Shown here one piece after another: positions 44,451-56,653 of a stretch of 64,000 nt of DNA; within the stretch, counting starts at the first letter, position 1; each line of letters opens with the position of its first letter. Source of the stretch: Plasmodiophora brassicae (Eukaryota); NCBI GenBank assembly GCA_036867785.1, contig CP145425.1, positions 496,001-560,000 on the forward strand, given 5' to 3'. Under the pieces are notes generated by a model. The model searched no databases, had not been told where the DNA came from, and worked only from the letters and a program-made list of their open reading frames with translations. The translations under genes were made by a program, and so were the position numbers.

Positions 44451-44936
44451 CTATTGTACTTTGTCCTTCGCGGTGGTCGCGCGCGTAATCAAGGCGACGC
44501 CGACCAGGGTGATGACGATACCGGCCGTCCACAGTGGCGAGACGAGCTCGCCGAACAGGACCCGCCCGTACAGGCCCGACAGGAAGAACTGGAGCGACGA
44601 TATGACGGTGGTTGCCGCCGTGGTCCCCAGCGCGTTCATGCTCTTCACCAGGAACGATATGCCAAGGACGTTGCAGGCGAGCATGGACGCGACCAGCAGG
44701 ACGGTGTAGGCCCACTGAACCGTCTGCATTGCGACACACACACACACACGTGAGCCGCCGGTCGGTGCCAGGCGGTGGGCGACACCGACCTGGACGCACG
44801 ACGACGACGACGCAGGGTCGGACGGGCACAGCAGAGCGGACGCTGCCGACTGGCCCGCTGGGCTGAACGCCAGCTTGGCCAGGACCGACCCCGTACTCGA
44901 CAGGCCCGCCGACACCAAGCAGAGCACGACGGTCAT
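44451..44936 (-). CDS. TMEM42-like small multi-pass membrane protein (DMT/EamA-like), 2 exons
   Basis: SAGLSSTGSVLAKLAF, CNVLGISFLVKSM..LGTTAATTVISSLQFFLSGLYG.VLFGE...W..GI.ITLVGVALI. Confidence 0.75.
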   Translation of the reverse strand: MTVVLCLVSAGLSSTGSVLAKLAFSPAGQSAASALLCPSDPASSSSCVQVGVAHRLAPTGGSRVCVCVAMQTVQWAYTVLLVASMLACNVLGISFLVKSMNALGTTAATTVISSLQFFLSGLYGRVLFGELVSPLWTAGIVITLVGVALITRATTAKDKVQ

Positions 44937-45077
44937 CGCGCGCGCGTTTCGCCTCGCCGCACAGTCCGGGCCGGACCGGGCGCCCTCAGAGGTGTGTATT
45001 ATACCTGGGCCAACCTGTGTGCGCGTCACCCCGACCCGCCCCAATGACGAACATCGTTATCTTGTATTGTGACGACA

Positions 45078-48000
45078 TCAAGGGCGGTCGGGCTGACTGG
45101 GCGCAGGCCGGCCTTGATTCGAGGCATAGCTGGCCGGGTGTCGGCGCTCCGCTCGGCTGAGCGTGGTGGCGAACTGGCTGGCCAGGTGGCCGTCCTCGAC
45201 CGACTCCGGCCTGCTGCCCATCGTCTGGTGCAGGTCGGCAGCGGCGATCGTCATCATCATCATCCGGACGGCCAGCTGCCAGACGCTCTCCAGGATGTCC
45301 TCGTTCAGCGACGTCCCGTTCGCCATCCGCGTGCGATCGCCGAACACATCGGTCGAGGACGTCGCCAGGGAAGGCGACGTCGCGTGCACCGGCATCTGCA
45401 GGCCACGATCCGGCTGCCGTCCCGGCTTCCACATCCCAAGGCGGAAGTGTTTCGCCGACGCCGACGACGTCTGCTGGCTGACGGAGGCCTTCGCCTTGCT
45501 GACCGTGTTGGAGCAGAACAGGAAGACCAGGGCGATGTTCAGCAGGTCGCAGGCCAGGAACGCGCTGTAGTAGACGAGGTACCCGGCCAGGTACTGGCCC
45601 GGGAACACGACCGAGAACGTCCACAGCGCGCACTGCATCATGAGCACGATGCAGAACGCGGTGCAGACGCCGGTCACGAAGCGCCCGACCGACAGGTAGG
45701 CGCGCGCCTGGTCCGGGTGCGTGTCCCGCATCGACGCGGCCGCCTCCGACAGGATCGCGAACAGCTGCCTGGCGACGATCAGGAAGCTGACGCTGCAGAC
45801 GAGGCACACGCCAGCGACGAGCAGGGACGCGGCGTCGAACAGGGTGACGGCCCGGGCGGGGATGGCGATGCCCGCGACCAGCAGCGTGGGGACGGCCAGC
45901 ACCAGCAGGGCGTTCCCGATGAAGTACGGGTAGTGGAACCCGGCCAGCAGGGCCGAGGCGGGCGCCGTCGACATGCGCCGGATGCGGTCGCCGAACGACC
46001 AGATGAAGATGATGAAGAAGGTGAGCAGGTGGAACTGGACGACGACAGGGACGACGCCCCAGAGCGCGTACGCCCAGATCGGGGCGGGCGGCGCCCCCGA
46101 CACAATGACGCAGGACGCGGCGAACCGGACGGCGCAGATCGACGTCGCCATGCCCAGGCAGGCGTACACGGCCCGACGCGCGTGCACCTTGACGACGAAG
46201 CGTCGCGTGCGCCTGGCGAGCTCCATCGCGATCAGCAGGAACGCGGCGTACGCCACGATGAACCGTCGATGGACGGTGGCGTCGTCAAGGACGACGTCGT
46301 GGTAGGCGGTGCACGGCGACGTGGGCGGGCGACGCTCCATGTACAGCATCAGGGCGAAGTCGGTCAGGTGCGTGCACGCGCACGTCACGGTGCCGTTCGC
46401 GCCGCCCACCGTCGCGCACCCGGCCGTCGTCCAGTTGCCGCGCGCCACGTCGAACGTGACGCAGACCGGGCGCCGCACGACCGCCGGTTCGCACGCCCCC
46501 AGCGCCGCGGTCGCGTTGTCCCCCACCAGGAGGGCCATGTCGACCAGGATCGGCTCCGACAGGTTCGCCACCGTGTGCGGCACAGGTGCGGCGCCGGGTT
46601 CGTTGACGACGAACGCGTTGACGGTGACGACGGGACTGATGAGCCGCGGGTCGTTGCCGCCGCCGACGCCGCCCGTCGACGACGACCAGTTCGTTCGTTG
46701 CAGGCCGATGCTGGCCATGGGCCCGGCACCCGGCGGCAACAACCGCATCGTCGACAGCTGGGGCAGCGTGACCGGCCCCGTCGGGCAGGGGCGGCGTCGC
46801 CGCCCGTCGTCGACGACCCAGACCTGGGTCGTGAAGGCCGCCGTCGCGATCGACGACGGGCGCTGGCAGGCGATCTGGGCGTCCAGCTGCGCCGCCCCGA
46901 TCCGGTCGACGAGGGCGTGGGCGGACGAGGGCGCCGCCGTCGCCGACGCCGACGCCGCCTGCGCCAGGTGCGCCAGGCCGCCCTGCGACAGGCCCTCGGC
47001 CTGGACGAGGTCCAGGCCGAGGTCGACGACCGACCGCGACGTGTTCGCCGACAGCGCCCGCCCCGTTGCCAACGACGACAGCGCCTGGGCGACCTGGTCC
47101 GGCGGCACGGTCCCGTTGGCGGCGGCGTTCGCCTTCGTCAGCAGGGCGACGAGGTCGTGTCGCGCGGCGTCGACGTCGACGTCGTCGCTGGCCGCCGAGA
47201 GCAGCAGCAGCGCGCCCGTCTGCACGAGCGTGACGACCTCGCCGGGGTTGGTGACGGTCGCCGACAGGTTGGCGATGGCGGCCACCGTCAGCGACGCGGG
47301 CGGCGCGTGCACCTGGACGACGACGGGGACGGCGGCCGATACGATCCGCGTGCCGACGATCCCGGCGCGGACCAGCACGACGAGCGTGTCGTTGCGGGCG
47401 GGGTCGCCAGCGGGCAGGCGGACCTGGGCGCCGGCGACCGCCGACGACACGGTCGCCAGCGCGTACTCGGCCCCGCCCGACGCGTCCCGATACGTGAACG
47501 AGTAGAAGAGCGCGCTCGTCGTCGTCGTCGTCCAGCCCCAGGACGTCAGCGTGAACGTTGACGCAAGGGCGACCGGCCTGACGTCGTTGCACGAGACGGA
47601 TAGGCGCCCGCCGGTCGGCGCAGACGGTACGACGAGCGCGAAGGTCCCGTTGCCGACGACGCCGTTGACCGTTACGGTCAACGCGATCCGGTAGGTGGTG
47701 CCAGGCGCCAGGACGTTCGGCGACAGGCGCAGGGTCAGCGTGTCGGCGGGCGGGACGTCGGCGCTGGCGTCGACGTCGAGCTGGTCGCAGCGCCACTGCG
47801 ACTGGAACGACGACCAGGGCGCCGGCACGCCCGAGACGGACCCGTACAACGTGAACGCCTGCGACGGGTCCAGCACGTCCTGCGCCCGAACCGAGACGGC
47901 GAGCGGCGGCGGCGGCGGCGGCGGGCGCCGTCGGGATGGGCTGGGCGAGCGCGCCGACGCCCGCACCACCACTGGCCGGGATGTGATCGGCGCCCGCCGT

Positions 48001-51000
48001 GCTGACGTTGACGACGGCGCCGGCGCCCGAAGCATCTCCATTCGCCGGACCCGATGGTTGCTGCCCCAGGGGACACACGTCAGCGACCGCGGCCAGCACG
48101 TTCGCACGCGCGCGCGCGCGTATCGTACTATTGGTCGGAGAAGAACAGGGTGGAGCCGTTCAGGAACAGGCCCAGCGGTTCGTTCATGCCGGCGGACGTC
48201 GGCGCCCCGTCCTGGAAGGCGGGGCTCCCGCGCCCGGCCCACGTCGTCACGTACCACGACGGCGCCTGCAGCATTCGGATGCGGTTGTTGGCCCGGTCGC
48301 ACACGAACAGGTTGCCGCGCTGGTCGACGGCCACGTTGGTCGGCAGGTTGAAGGCGGCGGTGGCCGCCGGGCCGTCGGCGAACCCGCCGGCGCCCGTCCC
48401 GACGCCGGCGATCGTGGTCACCTGGCCCGTCGGCGTGACCCGCCGGATCCGATGGTTGTACTGGTCGGCGACGAACAGGTCGCCGCCGGGGCCGACCGCA
48501 ACGCCACCGGGCGTGTTGAAGCTGGCGGCCGTGCCGGCCCCGTCCGCGAACGACGCGTTCCCGCTCCCGGCAACCTGACGACAACGGGGCGTGAGGTGAT
48601 GGGGCAGGCGGCGGCGCCGTCGTTCCCCCAACGAACCGTGGTGACGACGCCGGCGGGCGTCACCTTCCGGATGCGGTGGTTGCCCCACTCGGCGACGTAG
48701 ATGTTCCCGCTGGCGTCGATGCAGGCGGCGTACGGCTGGTCGAACAGGGCGCCCGCGCCCGTCCCGTCCCGGTAGCCGGACGCGCCGCCGAGGCCGGCGA
48801 ACGTCGTGACGCGCCCCGCCGGGCTGATCTTCCGGACGGCGTGGTTGTACCAGTCCATGACGTAGACGTTGTCGTCGGCGTCGACGACGAGCTGGGCGGG
48901 GTTGTTGAACCGGGCGGCCGCGCCCTGGCCGTCGGCGAACCCGGCCGCGTCGCCGCCCGCCCAGGTCGACACGGCGCCGTCCGGGGCGATCTTCCGGATC
49001 CGCTGGTTGAACGAGTCGGCCACGTACAGGTTGCCGCGCGAATCGCCCACGACGCCCCTGGGCGCGTTGAACGCCGCTTCGGCGGCGATCCCGTCCGCGT
49101 ACGATGCGACACCCGTCCCCGCGTACGTCGTGATCGGGCCGGGCTCGAACGCCGACGACGCGACGGCGCTGATCGCCACCTTCCGGATGCAGTGGTTGCT
49201 TCGGGGCACGGGGGCGTCAGACGACGGCAGGTCGGCACACGTGACGGTCGGGCGTACCCGTAATCGCTGACGAGGACGCTGCCGGTCCCGTTCAGCGCCA
49301 GGCCAGCGGGTCGGTTCCACATGGACGACATCGGCGCGCCGTCCGCGTACCCGGGCGTCCACGTGCCCGCCCAGGTCGTCACGTACCACGAGGCGGACGC
49401 CTGCAGGACGCGGACGGTCGTGTTGCCCGTGACGTACACGTTGCCGAGGGTGTCGACGGCGACCAGTTCGGGCAGGTCGAGCTGGGCCTGCAGGGCGGGC
49501 CCATCCAGGGTGCCCTGGACGCCGTTCCCCGCGATCGTCCGCACCGCGCCCGACAACGTCGAGATCGTCCGCACGCGGCGGTTGCCCTGGTCGGCGACGT
49601 AGAGCGTCGTGCCGGCCGCGTCCAGGCCGATCCCGGTCGGGTTGCTGAACTGGGCGGCGGTCCCGTCGCCGTCCGCGTACCCGGCCGTGCCGCTGCCGGC
49701 GACGGTGGTGACGACGCCCGCCGCGGTCACCTTGCGCACGCGATGATTGCCGAACTCGGTGACGTACAGGCTCCCGTCGGCGGTGTCGACGCACGCGCCA
49801 TACGGCTCGCTGAAGGCGGCCAGCGGGCCGGCCGCGTCGACGTAGCCCGACTGGCCGCCGCTCCCAGCGAGCGTGGTGACCCGCCCCGTCGGCGACACCT
49901 TCCTGATCGCGTGGTTGTGCCGATCGACCACGTAGACGTTGTCGTCGGCGTCGACAACGACCTGGGTCGGGCCGTTGAAGCTCGCCGACGGCCCCGGCCC
50001 GTCGGCGAACGCGGGCGACCCGCTCCCGGCGAACGTGGACACGGTGCCGTCCGGGGCCACCTTCCGGATCCGGTGGTTGCCCGAGTCGGCCACGTACAGG
50101 TTGCCGCGCGCGTCCAGGGCCAGACCGCGCGGCGAGTCGAACCGGGCGGTCCCGATCGCGGGCCCGTCGCCGTACCCCGGCGACGTGCACGCCCCGGCGT
50201 AGGTCGAGACCGTGCCCGACGTGTACGGCGACCAGCGCATGCTGGCGGGCGTCGACTGGACGCCAGGCGCGGGCGCAAGCCCCCCATGCACCAGCTGGAC
50301 GGCCCGAACGCGATGGTTCCTGACGGACGCGCGTTGGAAGGGAGGGGAGGCAACCTCGCCAATGCAAACAGGGGGCAGCGTTACCATTGGTCGGCGAACA
50401 GCAGGTTCGTCGTGCCGTTGACGACGAGGCCGAGGGCGCCGTTGACCGTCGCGGACGTCGGCGCGCCGTCCTGGAACGTCGCGGACCCGTCCCCGACGAA
50501 CGTGACGACGTACCACGTCGGCGCCAGCAGCAGGCGGATCCGGAAGTTGCCCTCGTCGGACACGAACAGGTTGCCGTCGGCGTCGACCGCCACGGCCGTC
50601 GGCAGGTTGAACTGGGCGCTGGTCGGGTGCCCGTCGAGGAAGCCGCCGGCGGCGCCGCTGCCCGCGAGCGTCGTCACGTCGCCCGACGGGGACACCCGGC
50701 GGATCCGATGGTTGTTGCGGTCGGCCACGTACAGGTCGCCGTTGGGCGCGCAGGCCAGGCCGGCCGGCGCGTTGAAGCTGGCCGCGTTGCCGGTGCCGTC
50801 GGCGAACGCGGCCTGACCGCTGCCAGCGACCTGTGGCGGACGCGGGGCCATGAGCAGGTCGCGACGACGACCGCGTCGACCGCGCTCCTACCGTGGTCAC
50901 GACGCCCGCCGGCGTCACCTTGCGGATGCGATGATTGCCGAGCTCGGCGACGTACAGGTTCCCGATCGTGTCGATGCAGGCGGCGAACGGCTGGTTCAAC

Positions 51001-52610
51001 AGGGCGGACGGGCCGTCGGCGTACCCGGCGACGCCCAGGGCGCCCGCCACCGTCGAGACGGCTCCCGACGGCGCGATCTTCCTGACCGCATGACAGTACC
51101 GATCCACGACGTACAGGTTGCCGCCGGCGTCGACGACCAGCTGACCCGGCAGGTTGAAGGCGGCGCGCGTGCCGCTCCCGTCGGCGCAGGCGGCGGTGCC
51201 GTTGCCCGCCCACGTCGTGACGTTGCCGCCGGGCGCGATCCTGCGTATGCGCCCGTTGCCCGCGTCGGCGACGAACACGTTGCCGGACGCGTCGAGGGCC
51301 AGACCCATCGGCGAGTTGAACGTCGCCGTTGCGGGCGCCCCGTCTTGGAAGGTGGACACCGCGAGCGTCCCGGCCAACGTGCTGACGGGCCCGGGCGCCA
51401 CTGCCCGATCGGTCACGACCTGCACCTTGCGAATGCAATGGTTGCTGCGACGACACACGTCAGCAAGCGGCCGTGGGACGCGGGCGTACGTCATCGCGGC
51501 GTACTTGCTATCGGCGACGTAGACGGCGTCGGACCCGTTCAGCGTGAGACCAGCGGGCCCGTTCAGCATCGACGACGTGGGCGCCCCGTCCCGGTACCCG
51601 GGTGCCGTCCCGATCCAGGTGGACACGTACCACGACGCGGACGCCTGGAGCACCCGCACGCGGGCGTTGCCCCAATCGGCGACGAACAGGTTGCCAGCAG
51701 GGTCGGTCGCCAGCGCCGACGGGTAGCTGAACCAGGCCTGCATCGGGGGGCCGTCCAGGAACCCGGACGCCGACGACGCCCCCGCCATCGTCGTCACAAC
51801 GGTCGACGTCGTGTTGACGAGCCGGATCATGCGCAGACGATGCCTGTTGCTCTCGGCGACGTACAGGACCGTCCCGTTCGAGCCAACCGCGATGCCGACC
51901 GGGCGGTCAAACGACGCGACCGTGCCCGGCCCGTCGTTCCCGGTCGCAGCGCCGCTGCCCGCCACGGTCGTCACGACGCCGCTCGGCGTGATCCTCCGGA
52001 CGCGATTGTTGCCCTGGTCGGCGACATACACGTTGCCGTTGGCGTCGATGCACGCGCCCGACGGCCGGTTGAAGTAGGCGAGGGGGCCGTTCGCGTCCAG
52101 GTACCCCGAGGTGCCACCGTGGCCGGCTGCGAAGCGATACCGTCGCCGCGTCAGCCCGCGTTGTTGAACGTCGCGGAAACGAACGCACTCACCGAGCGTT
52201 GTGACGCTGCCCGACGGCGATATCTTGCGAATGGCGTGATTGTTCACATCGATGACGTAGACGTTGTCGCTGGCGTCGACGACGAGCTGTGCGGGGGCGT
52301 TGAAGCTGGCCGACGTGCCGGGCCCATCGGCGAACGCGGCGCTGCCCGAACCGGCGAACGTGGACACGGTTCCGTTCGGGGCAACCTTCCGGATCCGGTG
52401 GTTGCCGGAGTCGGCCACGAACAGGTTGCCCTTGGAGTCGAGCGCGTGCCCCGTCGGCGTACTGAACGTGGCGCTCGTCGCCGTCCCGTCCCGATACCCG
52501 CTGGTCCCGCAGACGCCGGCGTACGTCGACACGCTGCCTGGGGCGGATCCAGTCGCCAGCCCGGCAAGGGCGGTCACGACGACAGCGACGTCCCAGAACA
52601 GGGGACGCAT
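45078..52610 (-). CDS. Large adhesion-GPCR-like receptor: signal peptide, 4 NHL beta-propeller modules, Pro-rich linker, REJ/PKD-like region, GAIN/GPS, 7TM, Ser/Thr-rich tail; multi-exon
   Basis: Repeated FN.P.G.A.D..GNLYVAD.GNHRIRKI; REJ-like L.LSPNVL.PG.TY...PTGG.L.V...FTL...GW...LFYSF.Y; GPS PVCVTFD....WTTAGC......VTCACTHLTDFALML; seven hydrophobic helices at ~45510-46270. Confidence 0.85.
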
Positions 52611-52827
52611 GGGCTGAAGGGAACGCCGCCGCCGTTAAAGCACTCACTTGCCGTCCATACGCGCTTACAATCGACCGTACGCGGTCGACTGGTATACCAG
52701 TCGAATAGGTACAATGGCAAGCTGGGACGGGTAGAACCCGGCATTCGGACGACGACGCTCGCGAACGCCACCGACAACCAGGGACCTTTTATGGCGGCAG
52801 ACAGGGTTCAACCCGACAGGTGGGAGG

Positions 52828-54220
52828 TTAAGTGGGCGGCCCAACGCCAACGCAACGACCGGAGCAGGTGCCGATGCAGGTCTGCATGGAGCACCCGACA
52901 CAATGGCACTGGATCGTTGTCGTTGCCTGCTGGCTGCACGTGCGGGACGTTCCCGACCCCGAGCACACCGTCGAATACGTCGTCACCGGGTAGCAGTCCT
53001 CAGTGCAGCAATCCAGGCAGTGGTCGTAGCAGGAGCCACAGCCGGCCACCCGCCCTTGGAACGACTTGACCAGCGCCGCCGTCAGGAACGCCAGCTGGTT
53101 GCTGTCGCTGCAGACGCGAACACCGGGGCCCGCCGGCTGAGCCACCGTGTACACAGCACGGCTGTCCCCCGTTGCATCCAACGCGAACGGGTTGTTCCCC
53201 CAGTCGCCATCGTTCGACGCGAACGCCGTCGATGATGCTGATGCAGATGAACCCTTGACATTGGCACCGGTCAGCTGTTTCTTGGCACGCACAGTGATCG
53301 ACCCGGACGCCAAATCACAGGGCAGGTTGCCGTTGGAGCACGCTCCCGTAACGACGCCGTTACCCATGCGATCAAGGGCGATGTTGACGGATGTGATCGG
53401 GTTGGCGGCCACTGACGCCGGGACGTTGGTACCCTGGAACGTGAGCGTCGTTCCAGAGCCGTCAGCAGCGTCCTGAACAGTCGTGTGACCGATTTCGGCA
53501 TTGGCGATCCACCAGCGCCCGGAATCGTCGGTCAGCAGGGACAACGACTTGCTCCCGCATGCCATCTTCCAGTCATAATCTTGTACGACCCGGGTGGCGA
53601 TGTACGGCCCACCAATCGTCGCCGTCATGATGGCCAGGATGGTGATCCAGGTGAGCACATGCGTGACCCTACGTGGGCGATAGAATTTAGACGTGTTGGT
53701 AAACAGTGACGCCAGGTGATACGTACGCGCGGCGGGCGTCACGTACGAGGTAGAGCAACGCAAGCGATGGGATACCTCCTGCTGTCAGGCTGACGAGCAG
53801 CATGAAGAAGATGTAGAACCCGTTGGCCACTGAGTGGCCTTTCAGGCCAGGATGGTCGAGGGGGTGAGCGGTGTACTGGACGTACCCGTAGGCCGTGCCG
53901 ATCAGGACGCCGACAAAGAAGACGAACGCACCAAGCGACAGGGCGACCTCACCGGAGACAGTTGGAAACCGAACCTGCCAGGTCGGGAGACGGCATCGCA
54001 ACCGACAACGACGCTTGTCCTGACGGGCCGGCCATGTCTTGCCAGTGGGCCCCGCTGGAACTTCTGCATAGGCCGACGACGGAAAGTCGTTGGTCAGCGT
54101 CTGGTAGGATGGAGGGGGCGGCCCGTCCTCGAGTTCCGCGCCGGGAAACGGGTCGTTTCCAGCGTGTGCGCCGACCAAGGCAAGACAGACGCAAACGGCA
54201 TACGTCGTCGGCATCGACAT
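52828..54220 (-). CDS. Hypothetical membrane protein: signal peptide, ~3 TM, Cys-rich C-terminal domain
   Basis: MPTTYAVCVCLALVGAHA; hydrophobic segments in ORFs 53687-54406 and 52828-53763; tail GCGSCYDHCLDCCTEDCY...CHCVGCSMQTCIGTCSGRC. Exon joining is inferred. Confidence 0.6.
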
Positions 54221-54635
54221 TTGCAGAATGACGCGCGCCAGCGCCACTGGGTCGGTCCAACGTCGCCGCCGCCGCCCCCGCCGGCAGCCAAGGCAATGGC
54301 ACCGATGGCACGGGTGAATCGCTGTCCGAAATAGGTGCCTGGCGCCGCCGCGGGAGGATCGTCGTGGCGCACTCTGCGCAGACAGACGCCACCCGCGCGC
54401 GCCCACTGTTCAGGAGGGCGCCGCAGCGCTCAGAAGCCCAGCAGACACGCGCGGATACCTGTCCCGTCTTCCTCCAGCGTACCTATCGCATGCGCTTGTC
54501 CCGAGACCGGCAACTGAAACATTGTCGTGTTGCTCTATTGACAGCGGGGGAGGGGGCCCGGGACCCCTGGTGGTGGTGGCGGCGGTGGGGGGTTCGTGCG
54601 TCGTGACGGGTACTGCGTGGGCGCGGCAGTTGCTC

Positions 54636-55774
54636 ATGTGGAGGCGGGTTGTGCGCGCGTTCTCGACGCGCTCCCGGCGGGCGCGCCAGGAGCGCCTGCA
54701 GGGCCAGGACGAGCAGGCGCTGGACTATGTGGCGAACAGGAAGTTCGCCAAGAGCCTGGAGCACGCGCCGTCCGTCGCCGCCCTGCACGAGACGGTCCGT
54801 CGCGAGGTCGAGGCGGACGGCCTCGACTCGAGGCTGATGACGCCGAGGAACGTCTCCATGATCGTGTACCGGGTTGGGCAGCTGCATCATCTGCTCGGCG
54901 ACGCGCACGACGACGGGTTTCGGAACATGGTGGTTGACCTCGTCGACCGCAACATGCTCAAGTTCATGACGCCGTCGTTGAGCTCGCTGATCCGCTCCAT
55001 CGGCGACTGGTCGCTGTGGGAGAAACCCCCTGGGTTATGCACGCAGATCGCTCGCCACCTGTTCGTGCAGCCGAAATTGCGAGCGCCAACGCTGTGTCGC
55101 GCCCTGCCTGGGATGGCGACCGTCGGCGTCACCGACGACGACATCTGGAACAATGCCCTGAAATGTTTCCAACTGTGCGGTGCACGATCCTGCCTTCGTG
55201 TCGTCGCCTCACTGACCGTGTGTGCTCCCGACAGGCAATTACCGCACATGAACGGCGACCAGCTGTCGCCTTGCCTGCATGCGGTCGTCCGAACCGGACG
55301 CGGTGACGTCGATTTCTTCACCGTCATGTCGAACCACGTCAAGCTGCGCGCGTTCAGTTACGACTCGCGATGTGTTGGCCAGCTGTCCATGTCGTTCGCC
55401 CGTGCCAAAGACCGCTGCCCTGATCTGACATCCTTGTTCGACCACCTGGCGCAACAGGTAACCGTGCTTGTGTCGCATTCTCGACCCGCTCCCGCTCATG
55501 ATCAGCGCAGGCGCTGCGTCAGTTGCCCATGTACGGCACGCTCGACCTTCGCGATGTCACCCGGGCGTTCGTCATTGTCTCGCCCGGCAAGAAGGAGCTG
55601 TTCGATGCTATTGCGAACAGGGTTGTCGCCTGCTCCGACAGGTTCTCCCCAACGGTACTGCTCGACGTGTACAGAGCGCTGAAGTCGGTCGGCGTGTCGA
55701 ACGATGCGCTGGACGAAGTCTGTGGCAAAGTCACGCCGGCAGATCCTAGCCCGTTCGCTAGCGCACAACAGTAA
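54636..55774 (+). CDS. Putative mitochondrial helical-repeat (OPR/HPR/FASTK-like) RNA-binding protein, 3 exons
   Basis: Presequence-like MWRRVVRAFSTRSRR; ~35-40 aa repeats MTPRNVSMIVY, FMTPSLSSLIRS, MNGDQLSPCLHA, YDSRCVGQLSMSFA, LDLRDVTRAF, FSPTVLLDVYRAL. Confidence 0.6.
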
Positions 55775-55809
55775 ACGCTTACCAGCCGCAATGGCCAACA
55801 CACTGTGTA

Positions 55810-56547
55810 TCAGCGGCTGTGTCCTCGTCGGTGTAGCGTCGTGTGCTTGGGAGCGGGCTGGGCCGGCGACGGCAACCCGAGGATCATGTTCGGCGTCATT
55901 AACTGCTCAACGAACCGATCGACGAGGCTTTTCGTCTTCACTGCCGGCGCAAGGCACGGTCCCCCTGGCACTCGTGACACGGTGTGCTTCCTTGGAACCC
56001 CCTGCCGACTCGCTGACTGGACCCGGAACCGGGTTCGCGTCAGCCGAGGGGACACGACCTCCTCGTTGCGGGGGAACGTCATCACAGACATGGGGCGCTT
56101 CGGCCGTTGTACCTGCCAAAGACATGGCGGCACAGGCACAGCCCTTTGCACCGCTATGCCAGGGCACTGCTCCGAGAGCTCGTATCCTGAGAACGGGCGG
56201 CGCTTGCCAATCGCCACAACAGCGCTTGGTGGCGATGTTGCCGCCTGGATCGGCGAACAGATCCGCCGCCCTTGGACCGATGCTCGCCCGAACTCTTTAT
56301 CGGGCGCCACAGCGGCGCTGGCGACCTGCGACGACGCATTCTCGACGTTAGGACTCACTGGCGGTAACAGGGTCCTCGTCTGGCCAAACCTGTGCCCTTC
56401 CCGTTGCGGGCCGGCCACGTACGACGCGAGGCCGACCGGGCGCAGCACTTCGCCGCCTGACGACGTATCCGTCCAGGTCAGATGGTGGCAAAGCAGACGA
56501 CGACGGACGCCTGGCAACGACGACATGCATCTGCCGCGACCCGACAA
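55810..56547 (-). CDS. Hypothetical low-complexity protein
   Basis: 245-aa ORF filling the gap between two genes; no domain recognised. Confidence 0.3.
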   Translation of the reverse strand: MSGRGRCMSSLPGVRRRLLCHHLTWTDTSSGGEVLRPVGLASYVAGPQREGHRFGQTRTLLPPVSPNVENASSQVASAAVAPDKEFGRASVQGRRICSPIQAATSPPSAVVAIGKRRPFSGYELSEQCPGIAVQRAVPVPPCLWQVQRPKRPMSVMTFPRNEEVVSPRLTRTRFRVQSASRQGVPRKHTVSRVPGGPCLAPAVKTKSLVDRFVEQLMTPNMILGLPSPAQPAPKHTTLHRRGHSR

Positions 56548-56653
56548 TGATTAACTATTGGACAAGGGCGCGCGCGCTCGCGTACAGTGTCGATCGACAT
56601 GGGCGGCGGATGTGTATTTAGTCGTACAGGGAAGCGAAACGCCCACAGATTCC

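Noticed and set aside
44734-44749. (AC)n tract, and (GT)n at ~39201-39212
   Set aside because: Ordinary short microsatellites in intron or intergenic sequence
45069-47561. 830-aa + strand ORF (also 50850-53069 + and 46285-48099 -)
   Set aside because: Arg/Gly-rich shadow frames of the GC-rich receptor gene, with no domain signal
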